Shown in pieces: positions 18,855 to 29,053 of a DNA stretch of 64,000 nt (positions are counted from its first letter, which is position 1; each line of letters starts with the position of its first letter). The translations under genes were made by a program, and so were the position numbers. The notes below the pieces were generated by a model. It worked only from the letters and a program-made list of their open reading frames with translations, was not told the origin of the DNA and made no database searches. The DNA comes from an uncultured Candidatus Binatia bacterium. GTDB lineage: Bacteria > Desulfobacterota > Binatia > Bin18. The stretch spans positions 3,488,001 through 3,552,000 of the forward strand of contig OZ241744.1 in assembly GCA_965200965.1 (NCBI GenBank), in the 5' to 3' direction.

Positions 18855-20129
18855 TTAGAACAGAAGGACTTCCACCTCTTCGCCGGCCTCTTTGCCCTCT
18901 TCGTTGTGCGGGATGCGCACCATGCCGTCGGCGCGAACGAGGCTGAAGATGGCACCCGATTTGCCGGGCACGGGCTGGGCCGTCAGGCCGCCGCTCTCGC
19001 CGCTGAGGGTGACCCGGGCGTAGTCTTCCCGGCCCGGGGCGGACGCGATGTTCTGGCTCAGCCGCGCCCGGGTCGTGCGGGCCGGGGCGAACGCGGACTG
19101 GGTCGCTTCCCCGCCCATCATGCGGACCAGCGGTCGGCCAAACAGCGAGAACACGACCAGGGCCGAGACCGGGTGCCCCGGCAGGCCCATGACCGGCTTG
19201 CCGGCAGCTTTGGCAAAGATGGTGGGTTTGCCCGGCGCAATCGAGATGCCGTGAAAGAACAACTCGGAGCGTGGAAAGGCACGGATCACCTCAACTGCCA
19301 TATCTTTTGTGCCGACCGAGCTGCCGCCCGAGATCATCACCACATCGGCCTTTGTGAGCGCCCGGCTCAGGGCCGTCTCAAATGCCGCGCGGTCGTCTTT
19401 AACCACGCCGAGGTCACACAGATCGCCTCCGGCTTGGCGAATCATTGCCCGCAGCGAGTACTGGTTCACATTGCGGACTTGGCCGGGCTTGGGGGTTTTT
19501 TCGGGCGACACAATCTCGTCCCCGGTTGAGATCAAGCCCACCACCGGCCGGCGATAGACCGCCACCTTGGCAATCCCGACCCCGGTCAGTGCCCCGATAT
19601 CCTGGGCGTGGAGACGCCGGCCGGCTGGAAAAATCGGGGCACCTTTCTTAATGTCCTCGCCCACCCGCAAGATGTTCTCCCACGGTGAGGCGCTGCGCTG
19701 GATTTCGATAGTGCCGTCGCCCATCTCTTCGGTGTACTCGACCATGACCATTGCGGTGGCACCGGGCGGCACCATGCCGCCGGTCGAGATACGCATGGTC
19801 TCGCCCTTTTTGAGCCGGTGCGTAGCCTCCTGGCCCATCTCGATCACCCCGACCAGTTTGAGATAGATCGGTAGACTCGGCGAGGCACCAAACGTATCTT
19901 GGGCCCGCAGCGCATAGCCGTCCATATTGGCCCGGTTGAAATGGGGCAGGGCCCCCGGGGCCTTCAGTCCTTTGGTCAAGACCCGCCCGTCGGCGTCCGG
20001 GACCGCGATGGTCTCGCTCTTGGTCAGGGGGGCAAAGGCCGCCAGCCGCTCCCGGGCGTCGGCGCAGCTCACGACCCGAAAAAAGGCTTTGACCGGGGCC
20101 GGCCCTATAGCCGCCGATGTGCGAGGCAT
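18855..20129 (-). CDS. moeA: Molybdopterin molybdotransferase (gephyrin-like Glp)
   Basis: MDGYA, STGDEI, SGGSSVG, PGKPT, GLPGHPVS. Confidence 0.93.
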   Translation of the reverse strand: MPRTSAAIGPAPVKAFFRVVSCADARERLAAFAPLTKSETIAVPDADGRVLTKGLKAPGALPHFNRANMDGYALRAQDTFGASPSLPIYLKLVGVIEMGQEATHRLKKGETMRISTGGMVPPGATAMVMVEYTEEMGDGTIEIQRSASPWENILRVGEDIKKGAPIFPAGRRLHAQDIGALTGVGIAKVAVYRRPVVGLISTGDEIVSPEKTPKPGQVRNVNQYSLRAMIRQAGGDLCDLGVVKDDRAAFETALSRALTKADVVMISGGSSVGTKDMAVEVIRAFPRSELFFHGISIAPGKPTIFAKAAGKPVMGLPGHPVSALVVFSLFGRPLVRMMGGEATQSAFAPARTTRARLSQNIASAPGREDYARVTLSGESGGLTAQPVPGKSGAIFSLVRADGMVRIPHNEEGKEAGEEVEVLLF

Positions 20130-20917
20130 GGCAGTTCCCTTCTGACTTTCTCCAGATAATCGCGGTCAATCTCGGCCGTCACCAAGCCCTCTTTGTCTGG
20201 GGCCCGGGCTAGGACCTTACCCCACGGATCAATAATCATTGAGTTGCCGTAGTCGGCAAAGCCATAGACATTCCTGCCGATCTGGTTGGGAGCGATGAGA
20301 TAGCTCTGGTTCTCAATGGCACGGGCGCGCAGCAGGGCTTCCCAGTGGGCTGCCCCGGTCGGGAAGGTGAAGGCGGCCGGCACACAGATGAGTTCAACGC
20401 CTCTGTCGGCCAGCCGACGGTAGAGTTCGGGGAAGCGCAGATCGTAGCAGATCGACAGGCCGACCGTTCCCAGCGCGGTGGTGGCGGTGACGACCTCTTG
20501 ACCCGGTTTTTTGGTGTCAGACTCCCTGATGCTGACCTGACCGGGCAGGTCAATGTCAAACAGATGAATTTTGCGATATTGAGCCAACATGGCCCCGTCC
20601 GGTCCGAACAGCAGGCTGGTGTTATAGGCGCGCTGCTCGGTCGTCTTTTCCAGGAAAGAGCCGGCCAGCAGATGAATGCCCAGGCCGCGGGACAACTCGG
20701 CCAGACGCTCCGAGGTCGGCCCGGGGATGGATTCGAGTTGGGCCGGCTCTTGGTCGCGCGGCCCACGCCAGGCAAACACCTCGGGCAGGACCACCAAGGC
20801 CGCTCCCCGGTCAGCCGCCAGGCGGACAAAGGTTTCGGCCTTGGCCAGATTCTCCTCTTTTGAGCTTGAGGCCGTCATCTGGACGGCTGCGGCCAGATAC
20901 GATCGAGGTCCTCCCAT
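20105..20917 (-). CDS. Carbon-nitrogen hydrolase (Nit1/deaminated glutathione amidase-like)
   Basis: LPE, YRKIHLFD, ICYDLRFPE, RARAIEN. Confidence 0.92.
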   Translation of the reverse strand: MGGPRSYLAAAVQMTASSSKEENLAKAETFVRLAADRGAALVVLPEVFAWRGPRDQEPAQLESIPGPTSERLAELSRGLGIHLLAGSFLEKTTEQRAYNTSLLFGPDGAMLAQYRKIHLFDIDLPGQVSIRESDTKKPGQEVVTATTALGTVGLSICYDLRFPELYRRLADRGVELICVPAAFTFPTGAAHWEALLRARAIENQSYLIAPNQIGRNVYGFADYGNSMIIDPWGKVLARAPDKEGLVTAEIDRDYLEKVRRELPCLAHRRL

Positions 20918-21151
20918 AGCGAGCCCTCCTCAGCCCAGAGGCTAGCGAACCGCTCCCGGTGGGTCAAGCCAAGACGGCCGCGCCATGCGGTCTTCAAACC
21001 CGAGTCCTCCGCTTGAGGCTTTGGACGAACGGTTTGGCGAGGTCCCGGCCCCCCTCGCCGAGACAATCCAACAGCTTGAAGACCGTGACCAGTTGGTCGC
21101 CTCCTGCGTCAGGCCATCCCTTGCGTCTCCTTGGACGAATTCACCGCCCCC

Positions 21152-21586
21152 CTAGGACTCTGATTGTGTTGCTGGATGTTTCGATTGACCCCTGGCGACA
21201 ATCACATCAAACTCTTTCTTTGTCACCGGCATGACCGACAACCGGCTCTGTTTGATGAGGCCGATGTCCCGCAAGTGGGCGTCCTGTTTGATTTCGCTCA
21301 GGCTGACGGGCCGGGCCAGGGCGTGGACTGGCTCCAGATTGACCACCACCCAGCGATCGTCGTCGGTGCTTGGGTCCTGGTAGGCTTCTCTGGTGACGCG
21401 GGCCACCCCGACCACGGCCAGCCCTTTGTTGCTGTGATAGTACAAGACCCGGTCGCCGACCCGCATGGCCCGCAGATTATTGCGGGCTTGGTAGTTGCGC
21501 ACGCCGTCCCAATAGGTTGAGCCGTCTTGGCAGAAGTGATCCCAGGAGTATTTATACGGCTCCGATTTGACCAGCCAGTAACGCAT
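21152..21586 (-). CDS. EVE domain protein
   Basis: YWLVKSEP, WDGVRNYQARN, RLSVMPV. Confidence 0.95.
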   Translation of the reverse strand: MRYWLVKSEPYKYSWDHFCQDGSTYWDGVRNYQARNNLRAMRVGDRVLYYHSNKGLAVVGVARVTREAYQDPSTDDDRWVVVNLEPVHALARPVSLSEIKQDAHLRDIGLIKQSRLSVMPVTKKEFDVIVARGQSKHPATQSES

Positions 21587-21730
21587 AGCGTCCCCAAACC
21601 TCTTTTTTCGGCGTGTCTAGCATTCTTGACCGCCCCTCGACAAGTGCAGGATGGCTGGAGACGGAAGCGGGTTTGGATTGCCTTTTGCCCTACGGGCCTC
21701 TATAAGGGGCGGTGAAAAAGGAGGGGTGTC

Positions 21731-23482
21731 ATGCCACACGGCAGTCGTCCACACTACGCGATCCGAACCGAAAAAAATGTTGCGGCCACCATGCGGGACG
21801 GCACTAAGCTGTACGCCGATGTGTACCGACCCGATGCCGAGGGGCGCTTTCCGGTCATCCTGCTCCGCCTGCCGTACGGTAAGCACATGGCAGAACTGTT
21901 CGGCGACCACGAGTATTTTCCGGCCCGCGGCTATGTGGTCATTATCCAGGACGGCCGTGGCCGGTTTGCGTCAGAAGGTGAATACTACGCCCTGATTGAC
22001 GAGGCCCAAGACGGCTACGATACGGTCGAGTGGGCGGCCAGCCTGCCCTACAGCAACGGACTGGTCGGGACCCAGGGCCAGTCCTACCTGGGTGCTACCC
22101 AGTACCAGCTGGCCCCGACCCGCCCGCCCCACCTGCGCTGCGCGTTTCCGGTCTCGGCTGCGGCCGATGCGCACCAGAGCTGGGTGTATCATACCGGGGG
22201 CGCGTTCTCCCTGGGCTGGCAGGTACCCTACGCCATTTTTCTGGCCCGCAACACCATTGACCGCAAGGGTATCAAAGACGAACTGTGGCCGCGCATACGG
22301 CCCAGCCTGGAGCGCTCAATCAATTTTGCCAATCCCCTGACGCCCGAAGCCTACCGCCGTCTGCCGCTGATGAACTGGGCCGACATCTTGGGCGATGTGG
22401 CCCCCTATCTGCGCGATTATCTGACCCACCCCGAGGACGGGCCGTACTGGTGGGCGGTCAATGTCGAACGCCAGCACCACAATATCAACATTCCAATGTA
22501 CCATGTCAGTTCGTGGTACGATATTTTCCTGCGCGACGCCTTCGTCCATTTTTGTGGTCTTCGGTCCCGGGCCATGACGCCCGAGGCGCGCGGCGGACAA
22601 AAGCTGTTGATCGGCCCCTGGGCACACCTGTTTCCGTACACCACGCCAATAAGCGGTGGCACTGGCGATATTGATTTTGGCCCCAACGCGGTGATTGAGT
22701 TGCACGATGTTCAGCTGCGTTGGTTTGACTACTGGCTGAAGGGAATTGACGACGGTATATCGGAAGAAGCCCCGATCCGTCTGTTTGTGATGGGTACCAA
22801 CCAGTGGCGTGACGAGTACGAATGGCCGCTGGCCCGAACCAAGTATGTGCCCTACTATCTCCACAGCGCCGGCCAGGCCAACAGCCTGGACGGTGACGGC
22901 ACGCTCAGCCCCGAGCCTCCGGCTGAGGAGGTCGCCGACCACTTCCGCTACGACCCGGCCGACCCGGTCCCGAGCTGTGGCGGCAATACCCTGATCATCC
23001 CGGTCGGCGTGGCCGACCAGCGCCAGGTCGAAAGCCGCCAGGATGTCCTGGTCTATACCGGCGCGCCGCTGAACGATCCGATCGAAGTAACCGGACCGCT
23101 TACCGTCGTGCTGTACGCCGCCTCGTCGGCACCCGATACCGACTTTACGGCCAAGCTGGTTGATGTCAGACCTGACGGCTACGCCCAGAATATCGCCGAC
23201 GGCATTGTGCGCGCCCGCTACCGGGAGTCGCGGATAAGGCCCACCCTGCTGTCACCCGGCCAGCCGACCGAACTCAGCATCGATCTGTGGGCCACCAGTC
23301 ATGTGTTTCTGCCCGGCCATCGGTTGCGGCTTGAAATTGCGTCAAGCAACTTCCCGCGCTTTGACCGCAACCTCAATACCGGCGGCGATCAGGCCACAGG
23401 AACGACGTTTCAGACTGCCGAGCAAACGGTTTTCCATAACCGGGAGTTGCGCTCGCATATCGTCCTGCCGGTGATTCCCTGA
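21731..23482 (+). CDS. CocE/NonD family hydrolase
   Basis: MRDGTKL, GQSYLG, IGPWAH, SSNFPRFDRN. Confidence 0.93.
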   Translation: MPHGSRPHYAIRTEKNVAATMRDGTKLYADVYRPDAEGRFPVILLRLPYGKHMAELFGDHEYFPARGYVVIIQDGRGRFASEGEYYALIDEAQDGYDTVEWAASLPYSNGLVGTQGQSYLGATQYQLAPTRPPHLRCAFPVSAAADAHQSWVYHTGGAFSLGWQVPYAIFLARNTIDRKGIKDELWPRIRPSLERSINFANPLTPEAYRRLPLMNWADILGDVAPYLRDYLTHPEDGPYWWAVNVERQHHNINIPMYHVSSWYDIFLRDAFVHFCGLRSRAMTPEARGGQKLLIGPWAHLFPYTTPISGGTGDIDFGPNAVIELHDVQLRWFDYWLKGIDDGISEEAPIRLFVMGTNQWRDEYEWPLARTKYVPYYLHSAGQANSLDGDGTLSPEPPAEEVADHFRYDPADPVPSCGGNTLIIPVGVADQRQVESRQDVLVYTGAPLNDPIEVTGPLTVVLYAASSAPDTDFTAKLVDVRPDGYAQNIADGIVRARYRESRIRPTLLSPGQPTELSIDLWATSHVFLPGHRLRLEIASSNFPRFDRNLNTGGDQATGTTFQTAEQTVFHNRELRSHIVLPVIP

Positions 23483-23485
23483 AAT

Positions 23486-24211
23486 ATGAAACAGGAGCCT
23501 GGGGCGCGGCTGCCCGACACCGCGGACAAAGCGGCTGTTGTCCGCGCCATGTTCGACCGGATCGCTCCGCGCTACGACCTCCTGAACCGCCTGATCTCGC
23601 TGTGGCTGGACCAGGGCTGGCGGCGGAGTGCCGTGCGGGCGGCAGAGCTTGGGGCCGACGACCGGGTTCTTGATCTCGGCTGTGGGACGGGAGACCTGAG
23701 TGCGCTGGCCAGTCAGGCGGGTGCCTGGGCGGTTGGGGTTGACTTTGCCGAACACATGTTAGCCGCTGCGCGCCGGCGTCGCATCAGGGCCGACTGGGTG
23801 CAGGCCGACGCCGGCCGGCTGCCCTTTCCGTCGGCCTGGGCCAGCGTGGTGCTGTCCGGCTTTGCGCTGCGCAATTTTGTGTCGATTCCGGCCGTGCTGG
23901 CCGAGTCCGCGCGGGTACTTGGGGCCGGTGGCCGGCTGGTCCTGATTGAGCTTGATACGCCCACCAACGGGCTGATGCGGTGTGCCCATTCCGTGTATTT
24001 CAAGCGACTTGTGCCCCGGCTCGGAGCCTTGCTGTCGGACGCCGCGGCTTACGATTACCTGCCGCGCTCGGTCTCATACCTGCCCACCAGCCAGGAGTTG
24101 AGGCGTTTGATTGAGACCGCCGGGTTTGAGCAGGTCAGCAAACAGCGACTGTGCGCCGGGGCAGCCCAGATTGTCCGGGCGGTCCGCTCTCCGAGCCGCT
24201 TGGTACCCTAA
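23486..24211 (+). CDS. UbiE/MenG family quinone methyltransferase
   Basis: MFDRIAPRYDLLN, LDLGCGTGD, FALRN. Confidence 0.88.
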   Translation: MKQEPGARLPDTADKAAVVRAMFDRIAPRYDLLNRLISLWLDQGWRRSAVRAAELGADDRVLDLGCGTGDLSALASQAGAWAVGVDFAEHMLAAARRRRIRADWVQADAGRLPFPSAWASVVLSGFALRNFVSIPAVLAESARVLGAGGRLVLIELDTPTNGLMRCAHSVYFKRLVPRLGALLSDAAAYDYLPRSVSYLPTSQELRRLIETAGFEQVSKQRLCAGAAQIVRAVRSPSRLVP

Positions 24212-24468
24212 TCACATGGCGTAAGGGAACGCCAGCCCTTTCGGGGAAAGAGAGTGAGCCAGGAGGAGCGGCCTGTGGTTGGCCGAGGGCTTGACCTTGA
24301 TCCTTTCTTCCCAGATGGGTATGCTGTTCGCGGCCGTGACGACTACAATGATCTTCAGCCCCTTGAGACCGCCTTGGCCGAGCGACAAGCCCTGACCGGG
24401 GCTGAACCGGAATTGGTGACCGCCCTGCATAGATTTTTCCCTACAGGCGGAGAGAGGAGAAAGCCCAT

Positions 24469-25968
24469 ATGATACGACGACTGCCCGATCTGATCTATGC
24501 GAGGCGACGGCTGGCCGGCGCGTTGCTCGCCGTCTGCCTCCTGGCCGGCCTGCCGCCCCGAGTCCAGGCAGACATGGCCCTGTCTCAGGTTTCCCCCAAG
24601 CTGTCGCTGGCGGCCAGCCTGCGGGTGCGGGGAGAGTTCTGGGACTGGTTTGGAGGATCGTCGGGCAACAATTCCTACGCCTACGCAGCAACCGTTGCCA
24701 AGTTCGGGCTGAAGTGGTCGGATGAACTCTTTGATGTCCATGTGGAAGGCCAGAACACTTCCCTGCTCGGCCTGCCCGACGACGCCACCGGCCCCGCTCC
24801 GCAGGCTGCCTTTGGCCTCGGCCCAGTCTACCGGTCCCACAACCGCCGCAATAATGACTCGGGCGTGTTTCTCAAACAGGCCCACCTGACGCTCAAGCAG
24901 ATGGGCATCCCCGGCCTGACCATCAAGGGCGGGCGGCATCTGATCGCCGAGGGAGCCGAGGTGCTGAGCAAAGACCCGACCATTGACTGGATCAAGCGCT
25001 TTCGCGTCTCACAGCGCTTGATCGGCCCATTTGGCTGGTCGCACACCGGGCGCTCCTACGACGGCTTCACCCTGAGCTATACCAGGGACGCCTATAACCT
25101 GACCGTGCATGGCTCCCACCCGACCCAGGGCGGGTTTGATCTGGCCGGCAACAAGATGATAGACGACATTGACCTGCTGTACACCGGCTTCAACATCACC
25201 CGACCGTCGTTTGCCGCCACCAGCGACGCCCGTCTGTTCTACATCTATTATGCCGATGGACGTGGCCTGCGACCGACCGACAACCGGCCGGCCGCGGTCC
25301 GTGACGCCGACCGCCAGCATATCGCCATCCATACTGCCGGCGGCCACCTCGTCCATGTGCTGCCCACTCCCGCCGGCCCGATTGACCTGATGGGTTGGGG
25401 CGTAGGGCAGGGTGGCGACTGGGGCAAGCAGGACCACGGGGCCTGGGCGTTGGCCTTTGAGGCCGGCTTGCAGCCCCAGACCTTACCCTGGGAGCCCTGG
25501 ATTCGGGTCGGCTATAACCGCAGCTCGGGCGATGACGACCCCAACGACGGCGACCACGAGACCTTCTTTCAGGTCCTGCCCACCGCCCGGGTGTATTCGT
25601 TCAGCACCTTCTACAACCTGATGAATAGCGAAGATGTCTTCGTGCAACTGGTTCTCAAGCCGCTCAAGGGTCTGGTCTGGCGCACCGACTTTCACAACCT
25701 CCGGGTCAGCGAAGACAAGGACCTGTGGTACCAGGGGGCCGGGGCCACCCTCCAGGACCGCCAAGCCGGCTTTGGCTATGCCGGCCGGCCGGTGTTTGGC
25801 AAACGTGACCTGTTCCAGGTTATTGAGACCTCGCTGAGCTACACGGTCAACAAGCACGTCAACGTCAACGTCTTCTTTGCCCATGTGTTTGGCGGCAGCA
25901 TTGTCGATCGGATTTTCACCGGCGACAGTGCCAACTTCGGCTATATCGAGATGACGCTGAAGATCTGA
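24469..25968 (+). CDS. Alginate-export-family outer-membrane beta-barrel (porin)
   Basis: Signal peptide, alternating beta strands, SGDDDPNDGDHETF motif. Confidence 0.8.
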   Translation: MIRRLPDLIYARRRLAGALLAVCLLAGLPPRVQADMALSQVSPKLSLAASLRVRGEFWDWFGGSSGNNSYAYAATVAKFGLKWSDELFDVHVEGQNTSLLGLPDDATGPAPQAAFGLGPVYRSHNRRNNDSGVFLKQAHLTLKQMGIPGLTIKGGRHLIAEGAEVLSKDPTIDWIKRFRVSQRLIGPFGWSHTGRSYDGFTLSYTRDAYNLTVHGSHPTQGGFDLAGNKMIDDIDLLYTGFNITRPSFAATSDARLFYIYYADGRGLRPTDNRPAAVRDADRQHIAIHTAGGHLVHVLPTPAGPIDLMGWGVGQGGDWGKQDHGAWALAFEAGLQPQTLPWEPWIRVGYNRSSGDDDPNDGDHETFFQVLPTARVYSFSTFYNLMNSEDVFVQLVLKPLKGLVWRTDFHNLRVSEDKDLWYQGAGATLQDRQAGFGYAGRPVFGKRDLFQVIETSLSYTVNKHVNVNVFFAHVFGGSIVDRIFTGDSANFGYIEMTLKI

Positions 25969-25980
25969 CATCTGACACAG

Positions 25981-26020
25981 ATCATACAGCCCGCCGGGCT
26001 CCTCCCACGGGCTGTATGAT
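25981..26020 (+). terminator. 13-bp inverted repeat after the porin
   Basis: ATCATACAGCCCG ... CGGGCTGTATGAT. Confidence 0.6.
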
Positions 26021-26036
26021 GCCCCTTTCGTAGACA
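26020..26036. promoter_or_regulatory. Putative enhancer-binding-protein site upstream of cynA
   Basis: TGCCCCTTTCGTAGACA resembles 39964-39980; about 120 bp upstream of a sigma-54 promoter. Confidence 0.45.
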
Positions 26037-26155
26037 GTTTTCCGCCCTCCTGCTTCCCTACCAACACCCCCGGACCCCTGCCCCTCCGCCTCTCCCTTGA
26101 AGAAAGGCTTTGTTTTGCCGTGTCTTTCGGGCTTGCGGCTCTCCGCCCCGCGGCT

Positions 26156-26171
26156 TGGCACACGAATTGCA
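26156..26171 (+). promoter_or_regulatory. Sigma-54 (-24/-12) promoter of the cyanate operon
   Basis: TGGCACACGAATTGCA with correct GG-N10-GC spacing. Confidence 0.8.
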
Positions 26172-26214
26172 TGTTCTATCTGGTGACAAATTCCAGCCCT
26201 TGGAGGTTGCCAGT

Positions 26215-27582
26215 ATGGCGCATAACAGCTTACACGACCCCTTTGACCCCCAGACATCGCTTGAGCACGCCCACGGTCATGGCCCGCGGCCCGGGCCGGC
26301 CGACCAAGCTCTTCCAGACACGCCTGAGCAGATCATTGACCGTGTGGTGGAAAGTGCGGTAGTGCGCGCCCTGTTTGGCGGCACTGAGGTGAGCCGCCGG
26401 CGGTTCATGCAGGCGGTTGGGGCAGGCGGGGCCGCGGCGCTTATCGAATCGCTCTTCCCGCTCAAAACCGCCAAAGCAATGGCTCAGGAGCAGGCCGGCG
26501 CGATTGAAAAGAAAGACCTGACGATTGGCTTCATCCCGATTACCTGCGCCACGCCGATCATCATGGCCGAGCCGATGGGCTTCTATGCCAAACACGGGCT
26601 GAACGCCAAGGTCCGCCGGGCCGCCGGCTGGGCTATGGTCCGGGACTGGTCCATCAACAAAGATGTTGACGCCGCCCACATGCTGAGCCCCATGCCCCTG
26701 TCGATTACGCTGGGGGCCGGCTCCAAGCAAGTGCCCTACTTCATGCCGGCGGTCGAAAACATCAACGGCCAAGCCATTACCCTGCACGCCAAGCATAAAG
26801 GCGTCACCTCGGCCCAGGACATGAAAGGCTTCCGGTTCTGCGTGCCCTTTCGCTACTCCATGCACAACTATCTGCTACGCTACTACTTGGCCGAGGGCGG
26901 TGTCCACCCGGACAAGGATGTGCAGATCCGCGTCGTCCCGCCCCCGGAGATGGTGGCCAACCTCAGGGCCGAGAACGTTGACGGCTATCTCGCCCCCGAC
27001 CCCTTCAATCAGCGGGCGGTGTACGAAAACGCCGGCTTCATCTATCTGCTGTCAAAAGAGATCTGGGACCGCCACCCGTGCTGCGCCTTTGCCATTTCTC
27101 AGGAGTTCGCCTCACGCTACCCGAACACCTTTCTGGCCCTGTTCCGGTCTATTGTGGACGCCACCCACTACGCCTCCAAGCCGGAAAACCGCCAGGACAT
27201 CGCTAAAGCCATTGCGCCCAAAAACTACCTCAACCAGCCCGTCATTGTGCTTGAGCAAGTCCTGACCGGCAGGTTTGCCGATGGGCTTGGCAATATCAGG
27301 AATGTGCCCGACCGGATCGACTTTGACCCTTTTCCCTGGCATTCGATGGCGGTCTGGATTCTGACCCAGATGAAACGCTGGAAGCATGTCGAGAGCGACT
27401 TTGACTATAAAAAAGTCGCCGAAGAGGTCTATCTGGCTGCGGAGTGCGACAAAATCTCCCAGGAACTCGGCTATGACGCCCATCCCCAGACCTACCGCTC
27501 ACATGTCCTGATGGGCCAGACCTTCGATCCCAGCCAGCCCGAGGCCTATGTGCAGAGCTTTCCCATCAACAATCTTTCATAA
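26215..27582 (+). CDS. cynA: Cyanate ABC transporter substrate-binding protein (CmpA/NrtA family)
   Basis: Tat-like SRRRFM, GFIPITCATPIIMA, HPCC; directly upstream of cynS. Confidence 0.85.
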   Translation: MAHNSLHDPFDPQTSLEHAHGHGPRPGPADQALPDTPEQIIDRVVESAVVRALFGGTEVSRRRFMQAVGAGGAAALIESLFPLKTAKAMAQEQAGAIEKKDLTIGFIPITCATPIIMAEPMGFYAKHGLNAKVRRAAGWAMVRDWSINKDVDAAHMLSPMPLSITLGAGSKQVPYFMPAVENINGQAITLHAKHKGVTSAQDMKGFRFCVPFRYSMHNYLLRYYLAEGGVHPDKDVQIRVVPPPEMVANLRAENVDGYLAPDPFNQRAVYENAGFIYLLSKEIWDRHPCCAFAISQEFASRYPNTFLALFRSIVDATHYASKPENRQDIAKAIAPKNYLNQPVIVLEQVLTGRFADGLGNIRNVPDRIDFDPFPWHSMAVWILTQMKRWKHVESDFDYKKVAEEVYLAAECDKISQELGYDAHPQTYRSHVLMGQTFDPSQPEAYVQSFPINNLS

Positions 27583-27594
27583 GGAGGAGACAGC

Positions 27595-28038
27595 ATGACA
27601 CGACAGGAAGCGTGCAAGGTGTTACTGGCGGCCAAAAAAGACAGGCGGCTGTCGTTTGCCGAACTGGCGACAGCCCTCGGCCGAGATAAGGTCTGGGTGG
27701 CCGCCGCCCTGATGGGTCAGGCCACCCTGTCCGCGCAAGAAGCCCGGCGGCTCGACGAAGCCCTGGGCACAAGCCCGGCGGTAAGCGCCGCCCTCCAGGA
27801 CCCGCCCCTCAAAGGGGCCTTGGATACCACCGTCCCGGTTGACCCGCTCATCTATCGGTTTCACGAGGTCACCCAAGTCTACGGCACGGCCATGAAAGCC
27901 GTGATCCATGAGATGTTCGGCGATGGCATCATGAGCGCCATTGACTTTGAAATCGATATTCAGAAGCAGGAAGACCCCAAGGGCGACCGAGTGGTTGTGA
28001 CCTACAGCGGCAAGTTTCTCCCCTACCGGAAATGGTGA
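27595..28038 (+). CDS. cynS: Cyanase
   Basis: DPLIYRFHE...FGDGIMSAIDF...GKFLPY. Confidence 0.97.
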   Translation: MTRQEACKVLLAAKKDRRLSFAELATALGRDKVWVAAALMGQATLSAQEARRLDEALGTSPAVSAALQDPPLKGALDTTVPVDPLIYRFHEVTQVYGTAMKAVIHEMFGDGIMSAIDFEIDIQKQEDPKGDRVVVTYSGKFLPYRKW

Positions 28039-28042
28039 GCGT

Positions 28043-29032
28043 ATGAGCACCCCCACTATGTCCCTGCGAGACGCCACGACCGCCTTCCTGATGCAGCAGC
28101 AGAGGGTGGCGGCATCAGAGGAGGCCGGGCCGCGGCCGCCCCGCTCGCGGCTGTCCATCGCCTCCCAGGGGCCGCCCTGGCTGCTGTCTGTCGCCTTGCT
28201 GGGCTGTTTTCTGCTGGGCTGGCATCTGCTGACCGTTCAGCCGGCCTTTGACCAGACCGGCCTGACCCAAGACCAATTGCTGATGCTGGAGTTCAACGGC
28301 GATATTGTGCGGACCGAGGGGGGGACCTACATCTCTAATCCCGACAAAATCCAGGGCATCCCCGGTCCCCTGGTCCTGATCAGCAAAGCGTTTGAGGAGC
28401 TGTCCGCGCCGTTTCACAAGAAGGGCACAAACGATCATGGCGTCGGCCACCTCGTCATCTATACGGTGACGCGCTTTGCCGCCGGCTTTCTCTCGGCCTC
28501 GCTGCTAGCCGTGGGCCTCGGTCTGCTCATTGGTCTGTCGCGCCCGCTCTACCAGGCCCTCAACCCCTTCATCCAGGTCCTGAAGCCAATCTCTCCCCTG
28601 GCCTGGATGCCGCTCCTGCTGTACAGCGTCCAGGACCCGACCTGGACCGCCATCCTCGTTGTCTTTATGGCCTCGCTGTGGCCGACGGTGGCCAATACCG
28701 CGTTTGGGGTCAGCGCGATCCGCAAAGAATACATCCAGGTTGCCCGCCTGCTGCAACTGTCCCTGACTCGTCGCCTCCTCATGGTCATCCTGCCGGCCGC
28801 GGCCCCGACGATTATTGCTGGGCTGCGCATCTCGTTCGGCAGCGCCCTCGTGGCGGTTGTGCCGGCCGAGATGCTGCTCGGTGAACTCGGTCTGGGCTAT
28901 CTGACCTGGATTGAGTGGAACAACCTCGATATTTCCGGGGTCATGTTTGCCATTCTCATCGTCGGGCTGATGGGCATCGTCCTTGACTCCGGCTTCAATC
29001 GGCTCGCCCGGCTTGTGACCTATACGGAGTAG
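28043..29032 (+). CDS. cynB: Cyanate/nitrate-type ABC transporter permease
   Basis: LKPISPLAW, NTAFGV, AEML EAA-type loop. Confidence 0.85.
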   Translation: MSTPTMSLRDATTAFLMQQQRVAASEEAGPRPPRSRLSIASQGPPWLLSVALLGCFLLGWHLLTVQPAFDQTGLTQDQLLMLEFNGDIVRTEGGTYISNPDKIQGIPGPLVLISKAFEELSAPFHKKGTNDHGVGHLVIYTVTRFAAGFLSASLLAVGLGLLIGLSRPLYQALNPFIQVLKPISPLAWMPLLLYSVQDPTWTAILVVFMASLWPTVANTAFGVSAIRKEYIQVARLLQLSLTRRLLMVILPAAAPTIIAGLRISFGSALVAVVPAEMLLGELGLGYLTWIEWNNLDISGVMFAILIVGLMGIVLDSGFNRLARLVTYTE

Positions 29033-29053
29033 CCCCGGCTGGAGGAAGTCAGG

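Noticed and set aside
20918-21151. Intergenic stretch as a riboswitch or ncRNA upstream of the nitrilase-moeA genes
   Set aside because: No Moco-riboswitch-like or other conserved RNA motif was recognisable by eye; an Rfam/Infernal scan would be needed
21152-21586. EVE domain as part of a modification-dependent restriction system with the 15133 methylase
   Set aside because: A stand-alone EVE gene more than 4 kb away, in a housekeeping run with the nitrilase and moeA, with no fused or adjacent nuclease
24254-24472. 72-aa ORF upstream of the porin
   Set aside because: No recognisable motif and it overlaps the likely promoter region; it may be a relic but cannot be supported
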